Notes: generated from the letters alone by a model not told the origin. A stretch of DNA of 31,052 bases from Bacteroidales bacterium (GCA_028282585.1 JANQHR010000079.1:1-31052); one strand, 5' to 3'. Positions 18,534 through 29,172 are shown, counted from the first letter of the stretch. Program-made: numbers and translations.

Positions 18534-20552
18534 ATGAACAACCCATTATTAATTGAAAATAATCAAATTATAGATTTTAATAAACTGTCAGGAAAAGATA
18601 TTAATGATGTAACTTCTTATATTATTGAAAGATCAAAAGAAAAATTGAATAGAATTTACAAAATTAATGATGATGAAAGAACATTTGAAAACACGGTAAG
18701 ATCTTTAGATAATATCTTTAATGATTTAATGAAAGTAAGCGAGGTCATTTCTTTATTGGCGTATGTTCACCCTGATGACGAAATAAGAAATAATTGCTTA
18801 GAATGCACTTCGGAATTCGGGAGATTTTTCAATGAAATATCATTAAGTGAAGATTTATATATAGCATTTAAAAATTATTCTGAAACTTCAGAAGCTAAGA
18901 ACCTGAATGGTCCATATAAAAAGTATTTAAAAGAAACAATCGAAGAATTCGAAAGAAATGGATTTGCATTAACAAAAGAAAAAAGAGAGCAATTAAAAAT
19001 TTATAAAGACAAACTTTCCGACTTAGGTATTCAGTTTGATGCTAACATAAATTCTTATGAGGATTTTCTGGTTGTAAATGAATATCAAATGGAAGGATTG
19101 CCTGAAGATTATAAAAAATCTCACCTTCAGGATGATCTGCATGCTGAGCGGGTGAGCAAGGCAGGTGGAACATATAAGATTGGTTTAGATTATCCGTCTT
19201 ATATACCATTCATGAAGTATTCAAAATCAGATGAATCGAGAAAGAAACTTGCAAAAAAGTATAAAAATACTGCAGCAGATAAAAATCTGGAAGTTTTGAA
19301 ACAAATATTAATAGAAAGAGAAAAGATGGCAAAACTTTTAGGGTATAAAACATTTGCAGAGTACAGAACAGAAGATAGAATGGCCAGGAATCCTGAAAAT
19401 GTATGGAATTTTGAAAATAAGCTAAGAGAAAGAGTTCGTTTAAAGGCAGAAAAAGATTATGAGGAATTATTGCAAATTAAACGAGAGTATTTAGGCGATA
19501 ACTCAGCTGAAATTATTGAATCATGGGAATCGATGTTTTATAATAATATTTTATTAAAAGAAAAGTATGAATTAGATAATCAGAAGTTGAAAGAATATTT
19601 TGAGGTTGGAAGAGTAATTGATGGTTTATTTCGAATTGCACAGCATTTATATGGTGTAAAATTTGAAGAGGTAAATAGCCCTTCGGTATGGAATGATGAT
19701 GTGAGATTTTTCGAAGTAAAAGAAGAAAATAAATTAATTGCCCGTTTTTATCTAGATCTATATCCTCGTAAAAATAAATATAATCATGCGGCTATGTTTG
19801 GAATGACACCGGGTAAGAAATTAGATGTCGGATATCAAATACCAACGGCAAGTTTGGTGTGCAATTTCCCGAAAGCTACAGAAGAAAGGCCGGCTTTAAT
19901 GTTACATAATGATGTTGTTACTTTTTTTCATGAGTTTGGACACTTAATGCATGATCTTTTAACAAAGGCCGAATTAGCTTCGCAGGCTGGAACTAATGTT
20001 GCAAGAGATTTTGTGGAAATGCCTTCTCAAATCTTTGAAAATTGGGCTTGGGATTACGAATCGCTTTCTCTTTTTGCCAGGCATTATAAAACCGATGAAG
20101 TTTTACCAAAAGAATTACATAATAAAATGATTGCTGCCAAAAATGTTGGTTCGGGATTACACGTTTTACAGCAAATTTTTTATGGAACACTCGACATGAC
20201 ATTTCATGATAAGTTTGACCCAAACGGAGAAAAAACTACAACCGAATTGGTAGAAGAACTTCAAAATGAAATAACACTATATAAATTTCAGGAAGGTACT
20301 CATTTTGAAGCGGGATTTGGTCATTTAAATGGTTATGCTGCCGGATATTATAGTTATTTATGGGCATTGGTATTTGCTGAAGATATGTTCTCCGAATTTA
20401 AGCAACATGGAATTATGGATCAGGAGACGGGTATGAAATTGAGAAAACTTGTTTTGGAAAAAGGATCAACAATTGAAGAAATGGAGATTGTTAAACAGTT
20501 TCTTGGAAGAAAACCAAACGAAGAAGCTTTTATAAAATCTATTGGTATATAG
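18534..20552 (+). CDS. M3A family metallopeptidase (thimet oligopeptidase-like)
   Basis: FFHEFGHLMH (HExxH), DFVEMPSQ..ENW, YLDLYPR.NKY.HAA, FGHL.GY.AGYYSYLWA. Confidence 0.93.
   Translation: MNNPLLIENNQIIDFNKLSGKDINDVTSYIIERSKEKLNRIYKINDDERTFENTVRSLDNIFNDLMKVSEVISLLAYVHPDDEIRNNCLECTSEFGRFFNEISLSEDLYIAFKNYSETSEAKNLNGPYKKYLKETIEEFERNGFALTKEKREQLKIYKDKLSDLGIQFDANINSYEDFLVVNEYQMEGLPEDYKKSHLQDDLHAERVSKAGGTYKIGLDYPSYIPFMKYSKSDESRKKLAKKYKNTAADKNLEVLKQILIEREKMAKLLGYKTFAEYRTEDRMARNPENVWNFENKLRERVRLKAEKDYEELLQIKREYLGDNSAEIIESWESMFYNNILLKEKYELDNQKLKEYFEVGRVIDGLFRIAQHLYGVKFEEVNSPSVWNDDVRFFEVKEENKLIARFYLDLYPRKNKYNHAAMFGMTPGKKLDVGYQIPTASLVCNFPKATEERPALMLHNDVVTFFHEFGHLMHDLLTKAELASQAGTNVARDFVEMPSQIFENWAWDYESLSLFARHYKTDEVLPKELHNKMIAAKNVGSGLHVLQQIFYGTLDMTFHDKFDPNGEKTTTELVEELQNEITLYKFQEGTHFEAGFGHLNGYAAGYYSYLWALVFAEDMFSEFKQHGIMDQETGMKLRKLVLEKGSTIEEMEIVKQFLGRKPNEEAFIKSIGI
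19137..19166. repeat. GC-rich imperfect palindrome, apparently inserted in frame in the M3 peptidase gene
   Basis: CTGCATGCTGAGCGGGTGAGCAAGGCAGGT, 19/30 GC, arms CTGC-a-TGCT / AGCA-ag-GCAG; encodes LHAERVSKAG between QDD and GTYKI. Confidence 0.45.
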
Positions 20553-20589
20553 AGATTCTCGAGTATAATCCCAGGTTTCTTTTACCGTA

Positions 20590-20764
20590 TTTTACCTACT
20601 TTTTAAAGTTATTAGATATTGCTTGTCAACCTTGCCTTTGCAACTCATTATCATTTTCATCAGGTTCAAGGGTTTCAAATTGAGTGGTAAGTTTTAATTT
20701 CATTTTCCGAAGAAAAAGAAATAGATATGATTCTGTTATCATCCAGCAATAATTCAATTAATTT
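20590..20764 (-). pseudogene. Decayed 3' part of an SRPBCC/AHSA1 (START-like) family gene
   Basis: Minus strand reads KLIELLLDDNRIISISFSSEN, then a frameshift, then FETLEPDENDNELQRQG*QAISNNFKK*V; this resembles the family C-terminus ELQRQGWQAILNNFKKYVE with W->TGA (20628-20626) and Y->TAG (20598-20596). Confidence 0.7.
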
Positions 20765-20775
20765 TTATAGTGCCT

Positions 20776-21168
20776 TCATTTTAGTCGAACCAGTTTACCT
20801 TTAAGCTTATAAATGTTTTTGTAGCCCCATTGTATTTCTTTTGATTTTGAAATCCAACGTTGCAGGTCTTCAAAATTGATCTGATTCAAAGAAGTGTATA
20901 GAATTGATGCATCTTTGAATTTACCTGTACCAGGTTTTAATCGTTCTTCTTCAAAACTTGCACCACTCCAGAACATTAAACGAATTCCAGCTTTTAATTT
21001 ATTATATCCGACTATTGGATTTCCTTCTAAAAACCAAACAGGATGTTTATGCCAGATCTTACTTTCTGCTTCCGGTAATAATTTATTGATTATTAAAGCA
21101 AGTCGATTACATATTTCTTGTTCTTCCCCTAATTTATTTTCGTTATATGCTTTTATGTTTTGATTCAT
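20776..21168 (-). CDS. DUF1801 (YdhG-like) domain protein
   Basis: LPEAESKIWH.HPVWFL.GNPIVGY...K.GIRLMFWSG..F.E. Confidence 0.85.
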   Translation of the reverse strand: MNQNIKAYNENKLGEEQEICNRLALIINKLLPEAESKIWHKHPVWFLEGNPIVGYNKLKAGIRLMFWSGASFEEERLKPGTGKFKDASILYTSLNQINFEDLQRWISKSKEIQWGYKNIYKLKGKLVRLK

Positions 21169-21198
21169 TTTTTATTAATCCGCAACCTTTTAGTTAGT

Positions 21199-21864
21199 TC
21201 AACTTTGTCTACTTACCATTTCTTTGATCCAAACAGGGGCGAAAGGTGAAGTACATCCTTTTGATACAGGATAATCCCTATAGATTCCTAGTTTTTCTCC
21301 GATATTAATAGCACGTTCACGGTGTTCAGGTTTGTTGATTCCTATTTCTGCCAGTGTGTTATTCATGGTCCATTGAACATTTGAATCAGCATGTTCCATT
21401 TCAGATTCGATTCGATTTAATATTTCTTTGAAGTTCAGGGTTTCCGGATTTTTTACGACCCGTTGTGCGGTTAAATTCCAACCTGCACGAGCAGCCATTG
21501 GATCTTTATCATTCATCCATTCTTTACGAAGGTCCTCACTTTCAGGATGATTCTTTACTACATAAGCATTTAGCCAATCAGCTACCTGAACAAATTTGAC
21601 CGATCGTACCATTTTATCTATTTCATTGGCAGATAAATCCTTGGGTTTTACAATGAGGGTTGATAAAAGTCGTGCATCAATATTTTCAGTATTCCATAAG
21701 TCGATACCTAATTTATGGTTGACTTTTATTTTTTTTGCTAATTTTCTAATATCGCCCAATTTAACGCCGAATTGGTTATCGCGGGCACCTTTTTTAGTGT
21801 TTTGCATTCGCATCTTCTCATTCCCGAAAGATTCAAGCTCTAACAAAACTTCTTTTATTGTCAT
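21199..21864 (-). CDS. DNA alkylation repair protein (AlkD-like HEAT repeat)
   Basis: FGVKLGDIRKLAK, LW.T.N.DARLL, QWTMN..LAEIGI, YRDYPVSKGCTSP. Confidence 0.88.
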   Translation of the reverse strand: MTIKEVLLELESFGNEKMRMQNTKKGARDNQFGVKLGDIRKLAKKIKVNHKLGIDLWNTENIDARLLSTLIVKPKDLSANEIDKMVRSVKFVQVADWLNAYVVKNHPESEDLRKEWMNDKDPMAARAGWNLTAQRVVKNPETLNFKEILNRIESEMEHADSNVQWTMNNTLAEIGINKPEHRERAINIGEKLGIYRDYPVSKGCTSPFAPVWIKEMVSRQS

Positions 21865-22041
21865 ATTCTTTACTTAATTAAGTTGTTTCTAATGTATTTA
21901 CAACATATAAATGCTAATATAAGTTCATGTTTTGTAGCCTTTCATTATAAATATCCATGAAGGTTTGTCAGGTAGTTATTTTTCAATTTTAAGATTGTGT
22001 TAAGAATTTTTTTGATTGTTTTATATTTTTAAACTATGTCG

Positions 22042-22049
22042 TATGTTTG
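22042..22049 (+). promoter_or_regulatory. Sigma-A -7 box of the ars operon
   Basis: TATGTTTG just upstream of ATG 22076, flanked by the inverted repeat TATGTC-N17-GACATA (22035-22063). Confidence 0.55.
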
Positions 22050-22075
22050 CGTCATTAGACATAAAAATTAATCAT

Positions 22076-22789
22076 ATGAAATTAAATGGAATTTTAATAT
22101 TAGTCATTATTCTTTTGTTTGGGAATTTATCATGTAAAAACAAAACTGATAATCATCTTAAACTAACTCAAGGTTTGGATACTTATATAAAAACTTTAGA
22201 GAATGAATTCGATTTGATATCGGCAGAAAGAAAAACCTTATTGGAAGAACTTTCAATGTTTATTGCAGAGGAAAAAAAATCGGATAATACAGGTAAAGTT
22301 ATATTTATTTGTACTCATAACTCAAGGCGAAGCCATATGAGCCAGCTTTGGGCTCAGGTAGCTTCATATTATTACAATATAGAAAATATTTATTGTTATT
22401 CAGGGGGGACTGAGATAACCGCGTTTAACCCCAGAGCTGTTAAAGCTCTGAAAAAAGCTGGATTTCAAATTGAGCAAATGGATTCAACTTCTAACCCTGT
22501 TTATAATGTTAAATATGCGGAAGGTGTTGAAAGAGTTAAAGGTTTTTCAAAAAAGTTTAGCAATGAGTTTAATCCTCAAAAGGAGTTTATAGCTGTTATG
22601 ACATGTTCTGATGCTGATGAGTCTTGCCCTTTAGTTCCTGGAGCAAAATATAGAGTAGCAATTCCTTATAAAGATCCCAAAGTTTCAGACAATACACCTG
22701 CTGAAGAGCGCATATATAATGAACGATCCAGGCAAATTGCCAGAGAAATGTTTTATGTTTTTTCAAAGGTAAATAATATTTTAAATTAA
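22076..22789 (+). CDS. LMW protein-tyrosine-phosphatase / ArsC-like protein with a lipoprotein signal peptide
   Basis: P-loop FICTHNSRRS, SGGTE.TAFN, MTC.DAD..CP, Y.DPK; start ATG 22076 gives MKLNGILILVIILLFGNLS-C. Confidence 0.85.
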   Translation: MKLNGILILVIILLFGNLSCKNKTDNHLKLTQGLDTYIKTLENEFDLISAERKTLLEELSMFIAEEKKSDNTGKVIFICTHNSRRSHMSQLWAQVASYYYNIENIYCYSGGTEITAFNPRAVKALKKAGFQIEQMDSTSNPVYNVKYAEGVERVKGFSKKFSNEFNPQKEFIAVMTCSDADESCPLVPGAKYRVAIPYKDPKVSDNTPAEERIYNERSRQIAREMFYVFSKVNNILN

Positions 22790-22802
22790 TAAGGTAGTAA
22801 TT

Positions 22803-23141
22803 ATGACAATAGCAAAATCGGAATTATTTGATGAGGATTTACAGAAATTGGCTGAAATAGCAAGGGTTATGAGTCACCCTGCTCGGCTTGCTATACTTAG
22901 ATATTTAGCAAAATGCAAAACCTGTATTTCAGGTGATATAAGTAATGAGATTCCATTGAGTCGAACTACAGTTTCTCAGCACTTAAAGGAATTAAAAAAA
23001 GTGGGATTAATTAAAGGAGAAATTGACGGGTTAAAAGTAAACTATTGTTTATGTAGTACATGTATTGAGAATATTAATTCAAATTTTAAAACATTTTTCA
23101 ACGAAATACTAAAAGGATCGGATATAAACTGTAAAATTTAA
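22803..23141 (+). CDS. arsR: ArsR/SmtB family metalloregulator
   Basis: SHPARLAIL, CISGDI, LSRTTVSQHLKELK..GLI.GEI.G..V.YC; Cys-rich; located in the ars operon. Confidence 0.9.
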   Translation: MTIAKSELFDEDLQKLAEIARVMSHPARLAILRYLAKCKTCISGDISNEIPLSRTTVSQHLKELKKVGLIKGEIDGLKVNYCLCSTCIENINSNFKTFFNEILKGSDINCKI

Positions 23142-23145
23142 CCAT

Positions 23146-23571
23146 ATGAAAATCTTAATTCTTTGTACAGGAAATTCATGTCGTAGCCAAATGGCACATG
23201 GATTTTTGGAATCGTTCGATAAAAATCTTACCGTAAGATCCGGAGGTACCGAAGCTTCAGGAAAGTTGAATGAGAAAGCAGTAGCGGTAATGAAAGAAAT
23301 AGGTATTGATATTAGTCATCATACTTCGGATTCAGTTGATCTGTATTTAAACGAAGAGTGGGACCATGTGATTACCGTTTGTGGTGGAGCTAATGAGAAT
23401 TGTCCGGCATTTTTTGGTAAAGTTAAAAACCGGCTTCACATTGGCTTTGATGACCCTACGTATGCAGAAGGGTCGGAAAAGTATATCTGGAATGAATACC
23501 GAAGAGTAAGGAATGAGATAAAAGACGCTTTTTTAGAATTATACGAAAAGGAATTAAAACAACAAGAATAA
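23146..23571 (+). CDS. arsC: Thioredoxin-coupled arsenate reductase
   Basis: LCTGNSCRSQMA, ITVCGGANENCP, GFDDP. Confidence 0.92.
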   Translation: MKILILCTGNSCRSQMAHGFLESFDKNLTVRSGGTEASGKLNEKAVAVMKEIGIDISHHTSDSVDLYLNEEWDHVITVCGGANENCPAFFGKVKNRLHIGFDDPTYAEGSEKYIWNEYRRVRNEIKDAFLELYEKELKQQE

Positions 23572-23604
23572 TTTTCTATTTAACGAAAGATTAAAACTAA
23601 TATC

Positions 23605-24696
23605 ATGCCTTCGCAACCCAGATTAAAACTCTTAGATCGCTATTTGACACTTTGGATATTTTTAGCAATGGCTATTGGTGTTTTGTCAGGATATTTTTTT
23701 CCATCTATTGCAGTATTTTGGGAATCACTAAAAGTTTCACCCGAAAGCACAATGAATATACCAATTGCTGTTGGCTTAATATTAATGATGTACCCACCAT
23801 TAGCCAAGGTTAAGTATGAAGAATTAGGAGATGTATTCAGAAATTATAAAATACTTTCATTATCGCTGATACAAAATTGGATTATAGGTCCTGTATTAAT
23901 GTTTGCACTTGGGATTTTGTTTTTTAAACTATTTCCGGGTGAAAATAATTCTAACTTACCTTACATGTATGGAATTATAATGATTGGGCTTGCTAGATGT
24001 ATTGCAATGGTAATTGTTTGGAACGACTTAGCGAAAGGAGATACTCAATATGCAGCAGGACTGGTAGCGTTTAACTCAATATTCCAGGTTTTGTTTTTCT
24101 CTATATATGCCTACTTTTTTATTGCTATTTTACCAGGATGGTTTGGTATACCAACGAATAATGCTGTAGAAAATATAACTATCGGACAAATTACCGAAAG
24201 TGTTCTTATCTATCTTGGTATTCCTTTTATAGCTGGATTTTTAACACGTGCCATTCTTACAAGAATAAAATCAAAAGAATGGTATCATACTAAATTTATA
24301 CCAAAGATTAGTCCGATTACATTGATTGCATTATTATTTACAATTATTGTGATGTTTTCTTTAAAAGGAGAATATATAATTAAAATTCCACTTGATGTAG
24401 TTTTAATTGCTATCCCATTATTACTTTATTTTCTTCTTATGTTCTTCCTATCATTTGCAATGAGTAAGAAATTCGGTGCAAACTATAAACAGACAACAAC
24501 CTTATCTTTTACAGCAGCAAGTAATAATTTTGAACTGGCTATAGCAGTTGCAATTGCTATTTTTGGGATGAACTCAGGTGAAGCATTTGCTGCGGTTATT
24601 GGCCCTTTGGTAGAAGTACCGGTTATGATTGCTTTGGTTAACGTGGCTCTATCCTTTAAAGAGAAATACTTTACCGAAAAAAAGGGCTGCTTTTGA
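23605..24696 (+). CDS. acr3: ACR3 family arsenite efflux transporter
   Basis: [57 protein letters not shown]. Confidence 0.95.
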   Translation: MPSQPRLKLLDRYLTLWIFLAMAIGVLSGYFFPSIAVFWESLKVSPESTMNIPIAVGLILMMYPPLAKVKYEELGDVFRNYKILSLSLIQNWIIGPVLMFALGILFFKLFPGENNSNLPYMYGIIMIGLARCIAMVIVWNDLAKGDTQYAAGLVAFNSIFQVLFFSIYAYFFIAILPGWFGIPTNNAVENITIGQITESVLIYLGIPFIAGFLTRAILTRIKSKEWYHTKFIPKISPITLIALLFTIIVMFSLKGEYIIKIPLDVVLIAIPLLLYFLLMFFLSFAMSKKFGANYKQTTTLSFTAASNNFELAIAVAIAIFGMNSGEAFAAVIGPLVEVPVMIALVNVALSFKEKYFTEKKGCF

Positions 24697-24723
24697 GAGA
24701 CGCTTGGCTATAATACAAATAAA

Positions 24724-26253
24724 CTATTTAGTTTTAAAATAGCCTGTAATGCTATTTAAAACATCAGCCTGATTTGATAAATTTTCAGCATCATCAGCAA
24801 GTGATTGAAACAATGCCGCATTTTGCTGGGTAATTTGATTTAATGACTGTAAGGCATTATTTACTTGGCTCGTACCAGAATTTTGTTCATTACTTGCAGC
24901 AGTAATCTCTTGAACCAGTTTCGATGTTTTTTCGATTTCAGGAATTACCTTATTTACTAGCTCCTGAGCTCTTTCAGTGGCATCAACACTCGATTTTGAA
25001 AGCTTTTCGATTTCTTCGGCAGATACCTTACTTCTTTCAGCTAGTTTTCTTACCTCGGCTGCAACAACAGCAAAACCCTTTCCATGCTTACCTGCACGAG
25101 CAGCTTCAACGGCAGCATTCAGAGCTAAAATATTGGTTTGGAAGGCTATATCATTTATAATACCTATTTTCTCAGCAATTGAGTGAATTGAAGTTAGACT
25201 TATTTTTGTGGCTTCCCCTACATCCTCACTTTTTTTTGCTGCACTAATGGAAATTGCTTCTGTTTCTCTGGAATATTCTGAGTTTTGTTGGATATTCGTT
25301 GTCATTTCTTCCATAGATGAAGCTAATTCTTCAGATGACGAAGCTTGCGAATTCGCCCCATTAACCAGTTCCTTGGATTTACCCGTTATTTCATTACTGG
25401 TCATTGAAATAAAATTGGATGATTTTGTTAGAGAGCTGACCATTTCGTTTAGCTTTCCGGCCATATTACTTAAAGACAAAGCCAAATCTCCAATTTCATC
25501 ATTTTGACTTATGTTGACGCTAACAGTCAGGTCCCCTTCTTCTATTGATTTAGCAAATGCAACACTACGCTTAATAGGTGATGTAACGGTGTTATTAATA
25601 TATATTATTACAAAAATGAATATCAAAATTATTACAATAGTCGTAACCAAAATAATTTTAGGAAAGTTCCTAAAAGATTTTTCCATTTTAGCAATAGCTT
25701 TGCTTGTAAGATTAGACTGATAACTGATAAGGTTGTCTAATATTTCAATTGCCCTATTTGATTTAACAATTATATCGCCTTGTTCTTCTACCAAAGTCAT
25801 AACATTCATCGTTATCATAAAATCATTGTAGCTTTCAAAGGTGCTTAAATCATTCATTACTTGAGAATGTAATGGTGTGATTGTGTCGTTTATTATTTCT
25901 TCAACCTGTTTTAATAATGCGATATTCTTTTCTTCCCAATTTTCTGATAATTTTTTTAAATTCGATATGGTTTCAGGAAATTTAGTAGAATGAATCTCTA
26001 ATAATTTAATTTTATCGGGAGTGCCTTGCTGTTTATCTATATAAACCCAATTCTTAATTAATATCTTAGAATCCGTCAATAATATTCTTAAATCATTCAG
26101 ATTAGTTTGTGATGGATTATAGTTTTCGGTAATTTGACGATTTAATCTGCCATTTTTTATGGATGAGTTCAGTATAATAAATGCATTAACTATTAGGGCC
26201 AATAAAATAACGCCAAAACCAATTATTAATTTATTCCCAATAGTTAATTTCAT
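24724..26253 (-). CDS. Methyl-accepting chemotaxis protein (TM, periplasmic helical sensor, TM, HAMP, MCP signalling domain)
   Basis: [39 protein letters not shown]; HAMP GDLT......DEIGDL; methylation-type [13 protein letters not shown]. Confidence 0.94.
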   Translation of the reverse strand: MKLTIGNKLIIGFGVILLALIVNAFIILNSSIKNGRLNRQITENYNPSQTNLNDLRILLTDSKILIKNWVYIDKQQGTPDKIKLLEIHSTKFPETISNLKKLSENWEEKNIALLKQVEEIINDTITPLHSQVMNDLSTFESYNDFMITMNVMTLVEEQGDIIVKSNRAIEILDNLISYQSNLTSKAIAKMEKSFRNFPKIILVTTIVIILIFIFVIIYINNTVTSPIKRSVAFAKSIEEGDLTVSVNISQNDEIGDLALSLSNMAGKLNEMVSSLTKSSNFISMTSNEITGKSKELVNGANSQASSSEELASSMEEMTTNIQQNSEYSRETEAISISAAKKSEDVGEATKISLTSIHSIAEKIGIINDIAFQTNILALNAAVEAARAGKHGKGFAVVAAEVRKLAERSKVSAEEIEKLSKSSVDATERAQELVNKVIPEIEKTSKLVQEITAASNEQNSGTSQVNNALQSLNQITQQNAALFQSLADDAENLSNQADVLNSITGYFKTK

Positions 26254-26268
26254 GATACCCCTTATTTC

Positions 26269-26775
26269 TTAATGTGTTTTAGTCGCCATCTCAGAAACCT
26301 TGGAATGGAATTTAAGACCATGTTTAAGCGCATTTGTCCTACTAAATTCGTAAATTAATCTATTACCTTCCAGAACAAATTTGATGATAGAACCATTTTC
26401 TATTGCCACAACACTATCACTAATTATTAAGCAGTGTATTCCGGTTTTAGTATGGATATTATTAATAGATTTAGATTTTAGTGCATCTACATAGATTACA
26501 TGACATTTTGTTACATCATTTTCATTACTAAAATATTTTACAACTATATTTTGAGTGACATTTTTTTTGCCCTTAGTAACAGTGGTTAATTCATTCGCTA
26601 ATGTTCTAGCTCCCAAAACGCCGATTACAAAATCACCAGTTTTTTCAGATTGAGGCCAATCGAAGAATTTAGTAAAATTATAAATAAAATTAGCTTGAGC
26701 TCTAGGAATTTCTGTTTGCCCAACCGATATTTTTACAAGACTAATTATTAAGATCGATAAAATTAATTTTTTCAT
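26269..26775 (-). CDS. YfiR/HmsC (DUF4154) family periplasmic protein
   Basis: Signal peptide; A.FIYNFTKF..WP, FVIGVLG, CHVIYV, LIISD, I.F......L..E......A...GLK..S. Confidence 0.85.
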   Translation of the reverse strand: MKKLILSILIISLVKISVGQTEIPRAQANFIYNFTKFFDWPQSEKTGDFVIGVLGARTLANELTTVTKGKKNVTQNIVVKYFSNENDVTKCHVIYVDALKSKSINNIHTKTGIHCLIISDSVVAIENGSIIKFVLEGNRLIYEFSRTNALKHGLKFHSKVSEMATKTH

Positions 26776-26842
26776 AACTTTAATTTTTGATGATTTAGTT
26801 TACCTTAATTAAAATAAATTTCTTTCCACATTAACTGTCTTA

Positions 26843-27283
26843 TTATCTTTTTCTTACAAAGAAATTTTTAATCAAATGACTACATTCATATTCTAATATA
26901 CCTTTAGTAATAACAGTTTTGGGATGAATAATATCTCCATTTATAATATTATAACCTCTTTTTTTATCGCTAGCACCATACACAATTTTTCCAACTTGTG
27001 CCCAATATGCAGCGCCCGCACACATTATGCATGGTTCCAGTGTTACATATAATACACAATCATTTAAGTATTTTCCTCCTAAATAGTTTTCTGCAGCAGT
27101 AAAGGCTTGCATTTCAGCATGTGCAGTCACATCATTTAGTGATTCGGTTAAATTATGTGCTCTGGCAATTACTGTATTGTTATGAACAATAACTGCCCCA
27201 ATAGGAACTTCATCTTTATCTAAGGCTCTTTTTGCTTCTTTCAAGGCCTCTTTCATAAAGAATTCATCATTAAATAAATCCAT
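26843..27283 (-). CDS. tadA: tRNA adenosine(34) deaminase-like nucleoside deaminase
   Basis: EVPIGAV, AHAEM, YVTLEPCIMCAGA, C-terminal FF..KR; TATATTTG -7 box at 27310-27303. Confidence 0.88.
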   Translation of the reverse strand: MDLFNDEFFMKEALKEAKRALDKDEVPIGAVIVHNNTVIARAHNLTESLNDVTAHAEMQAFTAAENYLGGKYLNDCVLYVTLEPCIMCAGAAYWAQVGKIVYGASDKKRGYNIINGDIIHPKTVITKGILEYECSHLIKNFFVRKR

Positions 27284-27423
27284 GATTAATAATTAAACCG
27301 TTCAAATATAACTCTTTATTGTCAAATTTGTTTAATAATTCGTATTATCAGATTTTTAAAAAGGAAATAAAATCCTATTTTCGCAATTCAATTAAAGTAT
27401 AAATTTTGCTAAAATTTTAAATA

Positions 27424-29172
27424 ATGTATAGAACACATAATTGCGGTGAACTAAGAATTAATAACGTGAATCAGGATGTTATACTTAGTGGATGGATTCA
27501 GACAATTAGAAAGCTTGGTGGTATGACATTTGTAACTTTAAGAGATCGTTATGGATTAACTCAATTAGTTTTTGACGAAAACATTTCAGATGAATTAAAG
27601 CAAAAAGCAGAATCACTAGGAAGAGAGTTTGTTGTGCAGGTTAAAGGGAAGGTAATTGAACGTAGTAGTAAGAATCCCAAAATGTCGACAGGAGAAATTG
27701 AAATAGTGGTTAATGAAGTTAATATACTAAATAAATCAGATATACCTCCTTTTACCATTGAAGACGAAACAGATGGTGGGGACGAATTACGAATGAAATA
27801 TAGATATCTCGATCTTAGGAGAAATCCGGTTCGTAAAAATTTAGAATTACGTCACAGAATGGGGCAAGAAATTAGAAAGTTCTTAGATGGTGAAAACTTT
27901 ATGGAGGTTGAAACCCCTTATTTGATTAAGTCAACTCCTGAAGGAGCACGAGATTTTGTTGTTCCTTCAAGAATGAATTTAGGAGAATTTTATGCATTAC
28001 CCCAATCTCCTCAAACATTTAAGCAGTTACTAATGGTATCCGGATTTGACAGATATTTTCAAATAGTAAAATGTTTTAGGGATGAAGATTTAAGAGCTGA
28101 TAGACAACCCGAGTTTACTCAGATTGATTGTGAAATGTCTTTTGTAGATCAAGAGGATATTCTTAACACGTTCGAAAAGTTAGCAAAGCACCTATTTTAT
28201 GAGGTAAAGGGGATTACTTTTAATGAAAAGTTTCCAAGAATTTCATATCAGGATGCCATGAAATATTATGGTTCAGATAAACCTGATTTAAGGTTTGATA
28301 TGAAGTTTATTGAAATTACAAAAAATGTTCAGGGTAATGGGTTTAAGGTTTTTGATGATGCTGAATATATTGGGGGAATAAGTGCTAAAGAATGTGTTAA
28401 CTATTCCAGAAAGCAATTAGATGAATTAACAAAGTTTGTCCAAAAGCCGCAAGTAGGAGCAAAAGGATTGGTCTATGTTAAATATAATGAAGATGGAACT
28501 TTTAAATCATCAGTCGATAAATTTTTCTCACAAGAAGACTTAAAAACTTGGGCCGGCTTATTTGATGCCAAGCAAGGAGATCTTTTATTAATATTAGCAG
28601 GAAATAAAAATGATACCCTAAATGCATTAAACGAATTAAGGTTAGAAATGGGTAACAGACTTGGACTAAGAGATAAAGATAAGTTTACACCATGCTGGGT
28701 AGTAGACTTTCCACTTTTGGAATGGGATGAGGAAGAACAAAGATATTTCGCTAAACATCATCCATTTACATCACCGAAAGATGAAGATATAGAATTGTTT
28801 GGAACCGATCCCGGTAAAATGAGAGCAAACGCGTATGACTTTGTTATTAATGGTGTTGAAATTGGCGGTGGCTCAATAAGAATTTATAATTCGGATCTAC
28901 AGAAAAAAATGTTTGAAGCACTCGGAATTTCAAAAGAGGAATCAGAAGATAAATTTGGATTTTTATTAGATGCGTTTAAATTTGGGGCGCCTCCTCACGG
29001 GGGAATTGCTTTTGGATTTGATAGATGGTGTTCCGTTTTTGGCGGATCTGAGTCAATTAGAGATTACATTGCATTTCCTAAAAATAACTCAGGTAGAGAT
29101 ATTATGATTGATTCTCCTTCCCAAATTGATAATAAACAATTAAATGAATTAATGTTGATATTAAAAAAATAA
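27424..29172 (+). CDS. aspS: Aspartate--tRNA ligase
   Basis: [54 protein letters not shown]. Confidence 0.98.
   Translation: MYRTHNCGELRINNVNQDVILSGWIQTIRKLGGMTFVTLRDRYGLTQLVFDENISDELKQKAESLGREFVVQVKGKVIERSSKNPKMSTGEIEIVVNEVNILNKSDIPPFTIEDETDGGDELRMKYRYLDLRRNPVRKNLELRHRMGQEIRKFLDGENFMEVETPYLIKSTPEGARDFVVPSRMNLGEFYALPQSPQTFKQLLMVSGFDRYFQIVKCFRDEDLRADRQPEFTQIDCEMSFVDQEDILNTFEKLAKHLFYEVKGITFNEKFPRISYQDAMKYYGSDKPDLRFDMKFIEITKNVQGNGFKVFDDAEYIGGISAKECVNYSRKQLDELTKFVQKPQVGAKGLVYVKYNEDGTFKSSVDKFFSQEDLKTWAGLFDAKQGDLLLILAGNKNDTLNALNELRLEMGNRLGLRDKDKFTPCWVVDFPLLEWDEEEQRYFAKHHPFTSPKDEDIELFGTDPGKMRANAYDFVINGVEIGGGSIRIYNSDLQKKMFEALGISKEESEDKFGFLLDAFKFGAPPHGGIAFGFDRWCSVFGGSESIRDYIAFPKNNSGRDIMIDSPSQIDNKQLNELMLILKK

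Noticed and set aside
22016-22075. Longer TTG-start version of the phosphatase ORF, and likewise the 5849 start for the lipoprotein gene
   Set aside because: Downstream ATGs (22076 and 5900) give clean lipoprotein signal peptides, and a -7 promoter box lies inside the 22016 extension
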